Part shown: positions 17,805 through 27,078 of the stretch, in pieces
How the letters are laid out: every line of letters begins with the position of its first letter
Position numbering within the stretch: the stretch's first letter is position 1
Assembly: GCA_017451505.1 (NCBI GenBank)
Contig: JAFTOF010000005.1
Location: 19,567 to 83,566, forward strand
Source of the DNA: Clostridia bacterium
GTDB taxonomy: Bacteria; Bacillota; Clostridia; UMGS1883
Direction: 5' to 3'
Length of the DNA stretch: 64,000 nt
The notes under the pieces: generated by a model
The model's database searches: none
What the model was told of the DNA's origin: nothing
Seen by the model: the letters and a program-made list of their open reading frames with translations, nothing else
Made by a program: the position numbers and the translations under genes

Positions 17805-18836
17805 ATGAACAGTAAAGTGAATGATATTAAAGCACTGTTTAACGAAAAATTAAGCTCTGTTTCTTCTTCCCAGCAGGTTGAAGAATTGAGAGTTGAATTC
17901 TTGGGAAAAAAGGGGCTTGTGGCAGAACTTATGAGCGAGCTTAAGAATATTCCCAATGAAGAAAAGAAAGAATTTGGCAGAATTATCAATGTTCTTAAAC
18001 AAGAAATCGAACAGACCGTTTCCGAGAAAAGAACGGCAATCTTAGAGGCAGAACAGCAGAAAATCATCGATAGTGCCGAACAGTATGATGAATCTCTGCC
18101 ATATGAGATTAAAACAGGTTCGTATCATCCCATCACGCTGGTTCAGCGTGACCTTGAAAGAATTTTCACCTCTATGGGTTTTTCAATCGAAAACTATTCG
18201 GAAATTGTTGACGATTATCATTGCTTTGAGGCACTTAACATCCCCAAGCACCACCCCGCACGTGATATGCAGGATACCTACTACTTAAGCACTGAAAATC
18301 AACTTTTAAAAACTCATACATCGGCGGCACAGAATGCCATTATGAAAAAATACGGAGCACCGCTGCGTGCGATTTTCCCCGGCAGATGTTTCCGTAACGA
18401 ATCAACTGATGCGTGCCACGAAAACACCTTCTTCCAGATGGAGGGTATCATGATTGATAAGGATATTTCTATTTCTAATCTTATCTACTTTATGAAGACC
18501 ATGCTTTCTGAAGTTTTCCAGAAGGATGTTACAGTTCGTCTTCGTCCCGGATTTTTCCCCTTCGTGGAACCCGGTTTCGAGCTTGACATTAAGTGTCTTA
18601 ACTGTGGTGGTGAAGGTTGCCCCTCGTGTAAAAATTCCGGTTGGCTTGAGCTTTGCCCCTGCGGTATGATTCATCCCAATGTTCTTTCTCACGGAGGAAT
18701 TGACCCTGAGGAATACACAGGCTTTGCTTTCGGACTGGGACTTACCAGGCTTGCAATGATGAAATATGGGGTTAAAGATATCAGAACGTTTAACAGCGGA
18801 AGTCTTAAAGCACTTTCCCAGTTTAAGAATGAATAA
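17805..18836 (+). CDS. pheS: Phenylalanine-tRNA ligase alpha subunit
   Basis: HPARDMQDT, HTS, FFQMEG, RPGFFPFVEPG, GFAFGLGLTRLAM. Confidence 0.97.
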   Translation: MNSKVNDIKALFNEKLSSVSSSQQVEELRVEFLGKKGLVAELMSELKNIPNEEKKEFGRIINVLKQEIEQTVSEKRTAILEAEQQKIIDSAEQYDESLPYEIKTGSYHPITLVQRDLERIFTSMGFSIENYSEIVDDYHCFEALNIPKHHPARDMQDTYYLSTENQLLKTHTSAAQNAIMKKYGAPLRAIFPGRCFRNESTDACHENTFFQMEGIMIDKDISISNLIYFMKTMLSEVFQKDVTVRLRPGFFPFVEPGFELDIKCLNCGGEGCPSCKNSGWLELCPCGMIHPNVLSHGGIDPEEYTGFAFGLGLTRLAMMKYGVKDIRTFNSGSLKALSQFKNE

Positions 18837-18848
18837 GGGGGGACTATA

Positions 18849-21209
18849 ATGCTTGTTTCAATGAATTGGATAAAAGAATATGTTGACCTTTCGGGTGAAG
18901 ACCTTCAAAAGCTTATTATGAAGTTCACTCTTTCCACCGCAGAGGTTGAGGATATTTATATAAAAGGTGAGGAAGTAAAGAATGTAGTTGTTGGTGAAAT
19001 TGTTTCCTTTGAAGCACACCCCAATTCCAAAAAGCTTCACATTCTTAAGGTGGACGGCGGAGACAGAATTTATGACTGCGTATGCGGTGCACCCAATGCA
19101 AGACTCGGTCTTAAGACGGCTTTTGCAAAGGTTGGAGGCAGTGTTCCCGGACTTGAGATTGCAAAAAGGGAAGTGGCAGGCTATGTTTCCGAGGGTATGT
19201 GCTGCAGCGAAGCAGAGCTTGGGCTGAGCGATGAAAACAGCGGAATCATGGAGCTTGACCCTTCATTTAAAAACGGAACAGACCTTAAGGAAATTTTTGA
19301 TATTGACGACGTGGTTTTCGAGGTTGATAATAAATCGCTTACAAATCGTCCCGACCTTTGGGGACATTACGGCATAGCACGTGAATTTGCCGCACTTACA
19401 AAAAAGCCTCTTAAACCGCTTTCCCTTACAGAGCCTGTATACGACGGCGATAAAAAAATCCCCGTAAAGGTTACGAGAGAAGACCTTGTGTACAGATATT
19501 CGTGTATAGAGGTATCCGATATTAAGGAAAGCGTAAGTCCCATGAATATGCGTATTCGCCTTTACTACTGCGGTATGCGGGGAATTAATCTGCTTGCAGA
19601 CCTTACAAATTATATTATGCTGGAGCTTGGACAGCCCACACATGCATTTGATGCAAGAAAGATTGACTCAATCAAGGTTGGAACGCCCGACAAAGCAATG
19701 AAGTTTACAACTCTTGACACAGTTGAGAGGGATATTGACACAGACACGCTTCTTATATACAATAACGATACACCCGTTGCCATTGCAGGTATCATGGGCG
19801 GTCTTGATTCCGAAATTGTGGACGGTACTACCTCTGTAGTACTTGAAAGTGCAAATTTTGACGGCGTAAGCGTCCGTAAGTCATCATCAAGACTGGGACT
19901 TCGTACCGATGCAAGTATGCGTTATGAGAAGATTCTTGACCCCGAGATTACAATTACTGCAATTAAGAGATTCCTTAATCTTCTTCTTGAGATTGCCCCC
20001 GATGCAAAGGTGTCATCCTGCATTACAGACGAGTATACCAAAAAGTATGATGAAATAAGCCTTTCATTTACAAAGGCATATGTTGACAGGTACACAGGTA
20101 TTGATATTCCCGATGAGCAAATACTTTCAACTCTTAATCTTCTGGGCTTTAATGCAAAGCTTAACGGGGAGGAGTTCAGCGTAACCGTTCCTAGCTGGAG
20201 AGCTACAAAGGACGTTACAATCAAGGCTGATGTTATCGAAGAAATTACCCGTATTTACGGATATGATAACTTTGAAATCACCACAACAAAGAGTGCACTC
20301 TCTCCTGTAAGGGAAACTGTCATGCATCGTGACAGCGAACTTATCAAGGACATTTTAGTTCAGCGTTATATGATGAATGAGGTTCATTCTTATATCTGGT
20401 GCGACGGAAATAAGTACAAAAAGCTGGGCATAGATGTTCCCGAAAACGTTACAATTCTTAACATTGCAACTCCCGAAAACGGTACAATTCGTAAGAGTAT
20501 GCTTCCCACACTTCTTACCTTTGCATATGAGAATAAGCAGTATGCTCCCTCATACGGACTTTTTGAAATAGGCAGAGTGGTAGACGGAGTAACGGCGGAA
20601 AATATCTGCGATGAAAGACAGAGATTGGGTGTTACCCTCTTTGACAAAACTGCAAGTGAAAAAGAGCTTTATTTTAAAGCTGTGGAAATTATCAGATATA
20701 TCACCATGCAACTTCGTCACAGCGAGCCTCAGTTTACAAGGGTTGCACCTATGTATAATTGGCAGCACCCCAAGAATACCTCAGAAATCTCTGTAAACGG
20801 ACAGAAAATCGGTGTTCTTTGTACTCTTCATCCATCAAATCTTAAAAAGATTGATAAGAATGCTGCGGTTGTATGTATTGAAATTGACATGGCAGATTTT
20901 GAAAAAGCCAAGGCAATGCCGCTTAAGTTTAATGAACCTTCAAAGTTCCCCGGAGTTGACTATGACCTCTCCATCGTGACAAACGGCAAAAAATATGAGG
21001 AAATTGCCACTGCATGGGAAAACGAAGAAATTCCCGAACTTGATGGCGTGAAGCTTGTAGACACATATGAGCTTGAGGGAGAAATGTCAATCACGCTGAG
21101 ATTTGCTTTCTCTTCCAACGAAAGAACTCTTTCTATGGAAGAAATTCAGCAGCACATCGACAAAATTATTGCAAACTTCAACAGGATTGGCGTAACTCCA
21201 AGAATATAA
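18849..21209 (+). CDS. pheT: Phenylalanine-tRNA ligase beta subunit
   Basis: VCGAPN, SEGMCCS, NRPDLWGHYGIARE, ELGQPTHAFD, EEITRIYGYDN. Confidence 0.96.
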   Translation: MLVSMNWIKEYVDLSGEDLQKLIMKFTLSTAEVEDIYIKGEEVKNVVVGEIVSFEAHPNSKKLHILKVDGGDRIYDCVCGAPNARLGLKTAFAKVGGSVPGLEIAKREVAGYVSEGMCCSEAELGLSDENSGIMELDPSFKNGTDLKEIFDIDDVVFEVDNKSLTNRPDLWGHYGIAREFAALTKKPLKPLSLTEPVYDGDKKIPVKVTREDLVYRYSCIEVSDIKESVSPMNMRIRLYYCGMRGINLLADLTNYIMLELGQPTHAFDARKIDSIKVGTPDKAMKFTTLDTVERDIDTDTLLIYNNDTPVAIAGIMGGLDSEIVDGTTSVVLESANFDGVSVRKSSSRLGLRTDASMRYEKILDPEITITAIKRFLNLLLEIAPDAKVSSCITDEYTKKYDEISLSFTKAYVDRYTGIDIPDEQILSTLNLLGFNAKLNGEEFSVTVPSWRATKDVTIKADVIEEITRIYGYDNFEITTTKSALSPVRETVMHRDSELIKDILVQRYMMNEVHSYIWCDGNKYKKLGIDVPENVTILNIATPENGTIRKSMLPTLLTFAYENKQYAPSYGLFEIGRVVDGVTAENICDERQRLGVTLFDKTASEKELYFKAVEIIRYITMQLRHSEPQFTRVAPMYNWQHPKNTSEISVNGQKIGVLCTLHPSNLKKIDKNAAVVCIEIDMADFEKAKAMPLKFNEPSKFPGVDYDLSIVTNGKKYEEIATAWENEEIPELDGVKLVDTYELEGEMSITLRFAFSSNERTLSMEEIQQHIDKIIANFNRIGVTPRI

Positions 21210-21217
21210 AGGTTTTA

Positions 21218-21266
21218 AAAAGACTATGGCAAAATGAACAAAAGTTCATTTTGCCATAGTCTTTTT
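21218..21266 (+). terminator. Terminator after pheT
   Basis: aaaagactatggcaaaatgaac/gttcattttgccatagtctttt long stem. Confidence 0.85.
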
Positions 21267-21329
21267 ATTGACATTTCTGCTAAAATAGGATAAAATAGTA
21301 AGGAATGCTTAATGTATAGGAGAATAATT

Positions 21330-23210
21330 ATGCTGAAGAAAAGATATACGAAACCGCTGCAAATGAATAATTTCAGAAGGGTTCTCATGCTTGTGCTGTG
21401 TGATACCGTGGTTCTTATATTAGCGGCATGGCTTGCACATGTTCTCAGACTTAATTCACTAAAAACGAACCCCTTAGAATTTTATATGGGAAAATATAAG
21501 GAACTCATAGTTTTGTGCCTTGCTACATATTCCGTGTTAGGACTTTCAGGGAGCTATGCGACTTCATGGCGGTATGCGGAGTATCGTGAATACATAATAA
21601 TGTACATAGGCATATTTGCGGCAAACCTCCTTACATACGCTCTTTGTAACATTATCGTTATGTACGAAACATTATTTACATTTTCCGATTATGTTATAAT
21701 ATCGCTGGTATGCTCTTTTGGTTTTACAATTGCGAGATTCATGGGCAGAATGATAAGAATTTATGGCTTAAACAGGCGTGAAAATCGTGAAAATTCAAAG
21801 AGAACCCGTGTGATGATTATCGGAGCAGGGGATACGGGCAGTGCACTTATAAGAAGCATGCGTCGTGATACAAAAATGCGTGCCGTTGTTGCCATTGATG
21901 ATGACGAAAGCAAGCATGGTATGCTGGTTGCGGAAGTGCCTGTTGTCGGAGGAAGAAATAAAATTGTTTCCGCTGTAAAGGAATATAGAGTACAGGAAAT
22001 AATTATTGCAATTCCTTCAGGAAAAACAGAGGAACATAGAGATATCATGCGTATATGCAGGGAAACCGGCATTAAAACCTCTACAGTGCCTTCCCTTTTT
22101 GAATTGGCAAGCGGAAAGGCAAGCGTAGGGCAGATTCGCGAAGTAACTACTCAGGAGCTTCTGGGTAGAAATGAGGAAATAGTAGACGGAAAGGATATTT
22201 TCGGATACATAGAACAGAAAACCGTTGTTGTAACAGGCGGTGGCGGAAGTATCGGAAGCGAGCTTTGCCGACAGATAGCAAAATTTAATCCTAAACGCCT
22301 CATTATTTTTGATATATATGAAAATAACGCATATGAGCTTCAGATGGAGCTTAGAAAAAAATACCCCGAACTTAAGTTTGATGTACTTATAGGCAGTGTT
22401 CGTGACAGGGCAAGACTTAGTGAGGTTTTCAGCACATATAAACCCAAGGTTGTGTTCCATGCGGCTGCTCATAAGCATGTTCCTCTTATGGAGGACAGCC
22501 CCAACGAAGCAATTAAAAATAATATTTACGGAACATATAACGTTGCCTGGGCGTGTGAAAAATTTAATGTTGAAAGATTCGTCCTTATTTCTACGGATAA
22601 GGCAGTAAATCCCACAAACATTATGGGAACAAGTAAGCGTATTGCGGAAATGGTTGTGCAGCGTTTTGCACTTAAACAGAAAAAAGAAGGCGGAAAGACG
22701 ATTTTTGCCGCAGTAAGATTTGGTAATGTTCTCGGAAGTAACGGCAGTGTTATTCCTTTGTTCAAGAAGCAAATCAGCGAAGGCGGTCCCGTTACCGTAA
22801 CACATCCTGAGATTAATCGTTTCTTTATGACCATTCCCGAAGCGGCACAGCTTGTAATGCAGGCAGGTGCTTTTGCAGAGGGCGGAGAGATATTTATTCT
22901 CGATATGGGAGAGCCTGTAAAAATTGTTGACTTGGCAAAAAATCTTATCGAGCTTAGCGGTTACGTACCTGATGTTGATATTAAGATTGAATTTTCAGGA
23001 CTTCGTCCAGGTGAAAAAATGTATGAGGAGCTTCTTTTAGACAAACAGCGTCATACATCTACCAAGCATGATAAAATATATATAGAACAGCCAATAAATG
23101 AAGTGAAAGCTCTTATCGAGGAAATATATAGACTGAGAGAGGGCATTAATTGTGACGTCCCCATGTACGACGAAATGATTGATTGGTTTGAAAAGAATAT
23201 GGCTGTTTAA
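21330..23210 (+). CDS. Membrane-anchored nucleoside-diphosphate-sugar 4,6-dehydratase (CapD/PglF family)
   Basis: N-terminal TM helices, IIGAGDTG, VTGGGGSIGSEL, HAAAHKHVPLME, ISTDKAVNP, VRFGNVLGS, GLRPGEK. Confidence 0.93.
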   Translation: MLKKRYTKPLQMNNFRRVLMLVLCDTVVLILAAWLAHVLRLNSLKTNPLEFYMGKYKELIVLCLATYSVLGLSGSYATSWRYAEYREYIIMYIGIFAANLLTYALCNIIVMYETLFTFSDYVIISLVCSFGFTIARFMGRMIRIYGLNRRENRENSKRTRVMIIGAGDTGSALIRSMRRDTKMRAVVAIDDDESKHGMLVAEVPVVGGRNKIVSAVKEYRVQEIIIAIPSGKTEEHRDIMRICRETGIKTSTVPSLFELASGKASVGQIREVTTQELLGRNEEIVDGKDIFGYIEQKTVVVTGGGGSIGSELCRQIAKFNPKRLIIFDIYENNAYELQMELRKKYPELKFDVLIGSVRDRARLSEVFSTYKPKVVFHAAAHKHVPLMEDSPNEAIKNNIYGTYNVAWACEKFNVERFVLISTDKAVNPTNIMGTSKRIAEMVVQRFALKQKKEGGKTIFAAVRFGNVLGSNGSVIPLFKKQISEGGPVTVTHPEINRFFMTIPEAAQLVMQAGAFAEGGEIFILDMGEPVKIVDLAKNLIELSGYVPDVDIKIEFSGLRPGEKMYEELLLDKQRHTSTKHDKIYIEQPINEVKALIEEIYRLREGINCDVPMYDEMIDWFEKNMAV

Positions 23211-23352
23211 GTGCATAATAACGCAAAATGTTAAAAAAGTATTAAGAAAAGTTAAAAAATATTACAAAAACACTTGCAAATGTTACAAAAATGTGTTAGA
23301 ATACAGGAAGTTGTTGGAAACAGCAGCCTAATATTTTGTATGGAGAGCAAGT

Positions 23353-24099
23353 ATGTTTGTAATAAAAAGATGTAAGACTATAGTATTATTAGTACTTATA
23401 ATGTTTACAGTAATAAGTTCGGTACACGCAGAAAATTACAGTGTTCCCACAGAACTTAAAAACTACGGAAACGAAATTTATACAGAAGCACGTTCATATT
23501 TCGGAAACCGTAGCTTCAGCGGCTATTGCGGTACTTATGTAAGGTGTCAGCTCAGAGCAATGGGTATATTTGATAATAAGTTTGATTTTCACGGAAACGG
23601 AAATCAGTGGTATTCAAATTTTGAGAACGTAGCTGTAACAAGCGGAGGATATTATGTATATCGTGAGAGTGGCGGTGACTGCATAGAAAAGCTTACGGAT
23701 AACTACGGGGATAATCTTAGTAATATTGTTCTCACTTTCCCGATACAGTCGGGATACAGTGCACGTTATCCGGGTGCAGGCCACGCTCTTGTAATTTACA
23801 AGCTCGTTGATGGCATTGCATATTATTCAGAATCATTCGGATTTGGCGGATATTCCGAAGGGCAGGTTATAGCAGAAGATGTGGAAAGTATGATGCAGCG
23901 TTATCAAAGACGCCACGGAACTCCCATCGGATGTGTTTTGCTCAGCAAAGAAAAAATTTCTATAGAGGGCAATATAATCGCAGGTATTTCTTATTGTGAA
24001 GACATACACCCACAGCTTAAAGCCAGTCTGGACGAAATTTCAAATGTAATGTTTATCGCTGAAAAATTTGCCGGAAATTCTCAAACCCGTGAAGCATAG
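23353..24099 (+). CDS. Secreted CHAP/papain-like cysteine amidase
   Basis: Signal peptide (VHA), GYCGTYV (Cys), GNGNQW, GAGHALVI (His), YSES (Glu). Confidence 0.65.
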   Translation: MFVIKRCKTIVLLVLIMFTVISSVHAENYSVPTELKNYGNEIYTEARSYFGNRSFSGYCGTYVRCQLRAMGIFDNKFDFHGNGNQWYSNFENVAVTSGGYYVYRESGGDCIEKLTDNYGDNLSNIVLTFPIQSGYSARYPGAGHALVIYKLVDGIAYYSESFGFGGYSEGQVIAEDVESMMQRYQRRHGTPIGCVLLSKEKISIEGNIIAGISYCEDIHPQLKASLDEISNVMFIAEKFAGNSQTREA

Positions 24100-24144
24100 G
24101 TCTTTACGGGTTTTTATTTTAGTGCATGAAGGAGAAGATTACAA

Positions 24145-25173
24145 ATGAGCAGAAAAAAGAAAAGTTTCATTTCAAAAATTTTTGCGGTAGCGGTTTTACT
24201 TGTTATTGCAACGCTTGCAATAGTGACTATCCCTGTGTTTTTGGAATATACAAGGGATAATTCTTCCGAGGTTTCTGTTACTGTGGAAATTCCAATGGGA
24301 GCGTCAGAGAAGCAAATAGCAAGTATTCTCAAGGAAAAAGGCGTAATTAATTATGAGCTTTCCTTTCGTATAAAGATGTATACTTCTCCATACCGCGGCA
24401 AGCTTAATTACGGTGTGTATACGCTGTATGAGGAAATGTGTCTTGAGGATATTCTGCGTACCCTTTCAAAGCCTGCAACTCTCGCTGAAAGTATTAAGCT
24501 TACAATCCCCGAAGGGTGGAGTGCAGAGAAAATTGCCGCAGAGTGTGAAAGAAAAAAGCTTTGTACTAAGGAAGAGTTTTTAAAGGTTTTAAAAGAGGAA
24601 GACTTTAATTACGGCTTTATTTCAGATATTCCGGAAAAACAGGGAGTTCGTTACAAGCTTGAGGGGTATTTATTCCCAAGCACCCATTATTTTGACACGG
24701 ATGCTGATGCCTATGTTGTTATAGATACACTTTTAGGCGAATTTGAAAAGCAGTATGATAAAATAAAGAGCAAAAAGCCTGCGGATATGACAATGAACGA
24801 AGTGATTATCCGTGCTTCCCTTATTGAAAGAGAGGCAAAGTTGCCCGCTGAACGCAGGGTTATTTCGGGCGTTATACAAAACAGAATAGAGGAGGGAATG
24901 CTTCTTCAGATTGATGCCTCCGTTGTATATGCAATTTCCGAGGGTATGTATGATGTGGACAGAGTGCTTTACAAGGATTTGGAAATTGATTCCCCCTATA
25001 ACACATATAAATATCAGGGGCTTCCCGTTGGAGCAATATGCAGTCCGGGAATTAGCTCCATAGAAGCTGCGATGCAGCCTGAGAAGCATAATTATTTGTT
25101 TTATCACACAGACACGCAGAAGAATGACGGAAGTCATATATTCAGCGAAACCTTTGCACAGCATACAAGGTGA
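24145..25173 (+). CDS. mltG: Endolytic transglycosylase MltG
   Basis: N-terminal TM, TIPEG, LEGYLFPSTH, ASLIEREA, LQIDAS, SPYNTYKYQGLPVGAICSPG. Confidence 0.95.
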   Translation: MSRKKKSFISKIFAVAVLLVIATLAIVTIPVFLEYTRDNSSEVSVTVEIPMGASEKQIASILKEKGVINYELSFRIKMYTSPYRGKLNYGVYTLYEEMCLEDILRTLSKPATLAESIKLTIPEGWSAEKIAAECERKKLCTKEEFLKVLKEEDFNYGFISDIPEKQGVRYKLEGYLFPSTHYFDTDADAYVVIDTLLGEFEKQYDKIKSKKPADMTMNEVIIRASLIEREAKLPAERRVISGVIQNRIEEGMLLQIDASVVYAISEGMYDVDRVLYKDLEIDSPYNTYKYQGLPVGAICSPGISSIEAAMQPEKHNYLFYHTDTQKNDGSHIFSETFAQHTR

Positions 25174-25178
25174 TTTTT

Positions 25179-25406
25179 ATGAAAAAATATATTGTAGACA
25201 GGTTTGAGGAAGATTTTGTTGTTCTGGAAGAGGAAACAGGCGGAAGTATAAATATAAAAAGGGAACTTTTGCCCGATGCTAATAGAGGGGATGTCCTGAC
25301 CGAAGAAAACGGGGCATTCATCATTGATGAACAGGAAACCCTTGAAAGAAAAAAACGAATTTCTGAAAAAATGAATAAACTGTTTGAAAAGAAGAAAAAT
25401 TTATGA
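25179..25406 (+). CDS. DUF3006 family protein
   Basis: YIVDRFEEDFVVLE...LP...GDVL...IDEQET..RK..I...LF pattern. Confidence 0.85.
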   Translation: MKKYIVDRFEEDFVVLEEETGGSINIKRELLPDANRGDVLTEENGAFIIDEQETLERKKRISEKMNKLFEKKKNL

Positions 25407-25444
25407 TAAAATAAATTTATTAATTATAAAAAGAGGTGAGAAGA

Positions 25445-25525
25445 ATGGACGCAGGAGGAAGTAGTAAAATCGGACGAAGTAGACGGCAATCTGCGTCTGT
25501 TTTTCTGTTTGGATGCAGATTGTAG
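25445..25525 (+). promoter_or_regulatory. Putative 26-aa leader peptide/attenuator upstream of mgtE
   Basis: RBS GAGGTG, ORF MDAGGSSKIGRSRRQSASVFLFGCRL*, overlapping alternative stems. Confidence 0.55.
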
Positions 25526-25573
25526 CCCCTTTGTCCCTCATAATTTTAATACTCAATGAAATGAGGGATTTTT

Positions 25574-26926
25574 ATGTCAGAAAACAGAGATGCAGTTCTC
25601 AGCGAAATGCTTGTAAGTCTTATCCGTGGGAAGAAATACGCTTCCGTACGTGATGCAATGGAAACAATGCATGCTGCCGATATTGCGGCAGCACTGGGGG
25701 ACTGTACAAAAGAACAGGTGCCGCTTTTATTCAGATTACTACCCAAGGAGCTTGCGGCAGAAACCTTTTCCCAAATGGAGGAGGACAAAAAGGAGCTTTT
25801 GATTCAAAGCTTCAGTGACAGCGAACTTAAAGAAGTGGTTGACGAACTGTATGTGGACGATGCTGTTGACCTAGTTGAAGAAATGCCAGCAAGTGTTGTC
25901 AAAAGAATATTAAGGCAGGCAGACCCCGAAAAAAGAAAGCTTATAAATGAAATTTTAAAATATCCTGAGGACAGTGCAGGAAGCATCATGACTACCGAGT
26001 ATGTCAGCCTCAGACCTGATATGACGGTGGAAGACGCTATAAAGAGGATAAGAAGAACAGGTGTGGACAAGGAAACCATTAATACCTGCTATGTAACGGA
26101 CAACAACCGTAAGCTTATCGGTATAGTTACGGTTCGTACGCTTCTTCTTGCAGAGGAAACGGATATTATGCAGGATATTATGACTGAGGACGTGATTTCT
26201 GCCCTCACTACCGATGACAGGGAAAAGGTTTCCTTGGATTTCGTAAAATATGACTTTTCCGCAATGCCCGTTGTAGATGAGGAAAACCGCCTTGTGGGTA
26301 TTGTGACGATTGACGACGTAATTGATGTTTTGCAGGAGGAAACCACGGAAGATATTGAAAAGATGGGTGCTATCACACCTCTTGAAAAGCCATATCTTAA
26401 AACGGGAGCTTTGGAAATATTCAAAAGCCGTATCCCGTGGCTTCTCATACTTATGTTTTCCGCAACCTTTACAGGGGGAATTATCTCCTATTATGAGAGT
26501 GCCCTGACGGGATTTCCCGTGCTTATTGCAAGTATTCCCATGCTTATGGCGACAGGCGGCAACTGTGGAAGTCAGGCGTCAGTTACCGTGATTCGAGGAC
26601 TTTCAATAGGTGAAATAGAGTTTTCGGATGTACTGCGGGTTGTGTGGAAGGAAATCCGTGTAGCACTTCTTTGCGGAATTACACTGGCACTCCTGAATTT
26701 TCTGTTTCTTATTTTTGTCAGCGGGCAAAGTGTGGCAGTAGCGGCGGTAATTTGCCTTACACTGCTTTCAACGGTTACTGCGGCAAAAGCCGTAGGCTGT
26801 GTGCTTCCTATGGTTGCAAGCAAAATCGGATTTGACCCCGCAGTAATGGCAAGTCCGTTCATTACCACAATCATAGATGCTTTATCACTGATAATTTATG
26901 TTAATATAGCAATGAGTTTATTATAA
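25574..26926 (+). CDS. mgtE: Magnesium transporter MgtE
   Basis: YPEDSAGSIMTTE, CBS pair, RIPWLLIL, PMLMATGGNCGSQ, DPAVMASPFITTIID. Confidence 0.97.
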   Translation: MSENRDAVLSEMLVSLIRGKKYASVRDAMETMHAADIAAALGDCTKEQVPLLFRLLPKELAAETFSQMEEDKKELLIQSFSDSELKEVVDELYVDDAVDLVEEMPASVVKRILRQADPEKRKLINEILKYPEDSAGSIMTTEYVSLRPDMTVEDAIKRIRRTGVDKETINTCYVTDNNRKLIGIVTVRTLLLAEETDIMQDIMTEDVISALTTDDREKVSLDFVKYDFSAMPVVDEENRLVGIVTIDDVIDVLQEETTEDIEKMGAITPLEKPYLKTGALEIFKSRIPWLLILMFSATFTGGIISYYESALTGFPVLIASIPMLMATGGNCGSQASVTVIRGLSIGEIEFSDVLRVVWKEIRVALLCGITLALLNFLFLIFVSGQSVAVAAVICLTLLSTVTAAKAVGCVLPMVASKIGFDPAVMASPFITTIIDALSLIIYVNIAMSLL

Positions 26927-26931
26927 AGAAG

Positions 26932-27013
26932 AAGCGTGCCGCTTCACCCTCGTCGCGTATCTGCTTGGCGTTGACATAGTTGCACGCGTCTTAGTTTTAT
27001 GTAATTTCCTATA
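26932..27013 (+). repeat. 82-nt dispersed structured repeat, copy A
   Basis: 71/82 identical, without gaps, to the reverse complement of 50507-50588 (manual alignment); closing stem GCGTGC/GCACGC. Confidence 0.85.
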
Positions 27014-27078
27014 CGTTAAAAACAGGGGGTGTAAAAAACGAGTTTTTTACACCCCCTTTCGGCAATGGAGAAATAATT

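Noticed and set aside
25400-25573. M-box (ykoK) riboswitch before mgtE
   Set aside because: No recognisable M-box conserved segments, and the space is largely taken by the leader ORF; an Rfam scan would be decisive
27014-27078. LexA box upstream of uvrC
   Set aside because: No GAAC-N4-GTTY site seen
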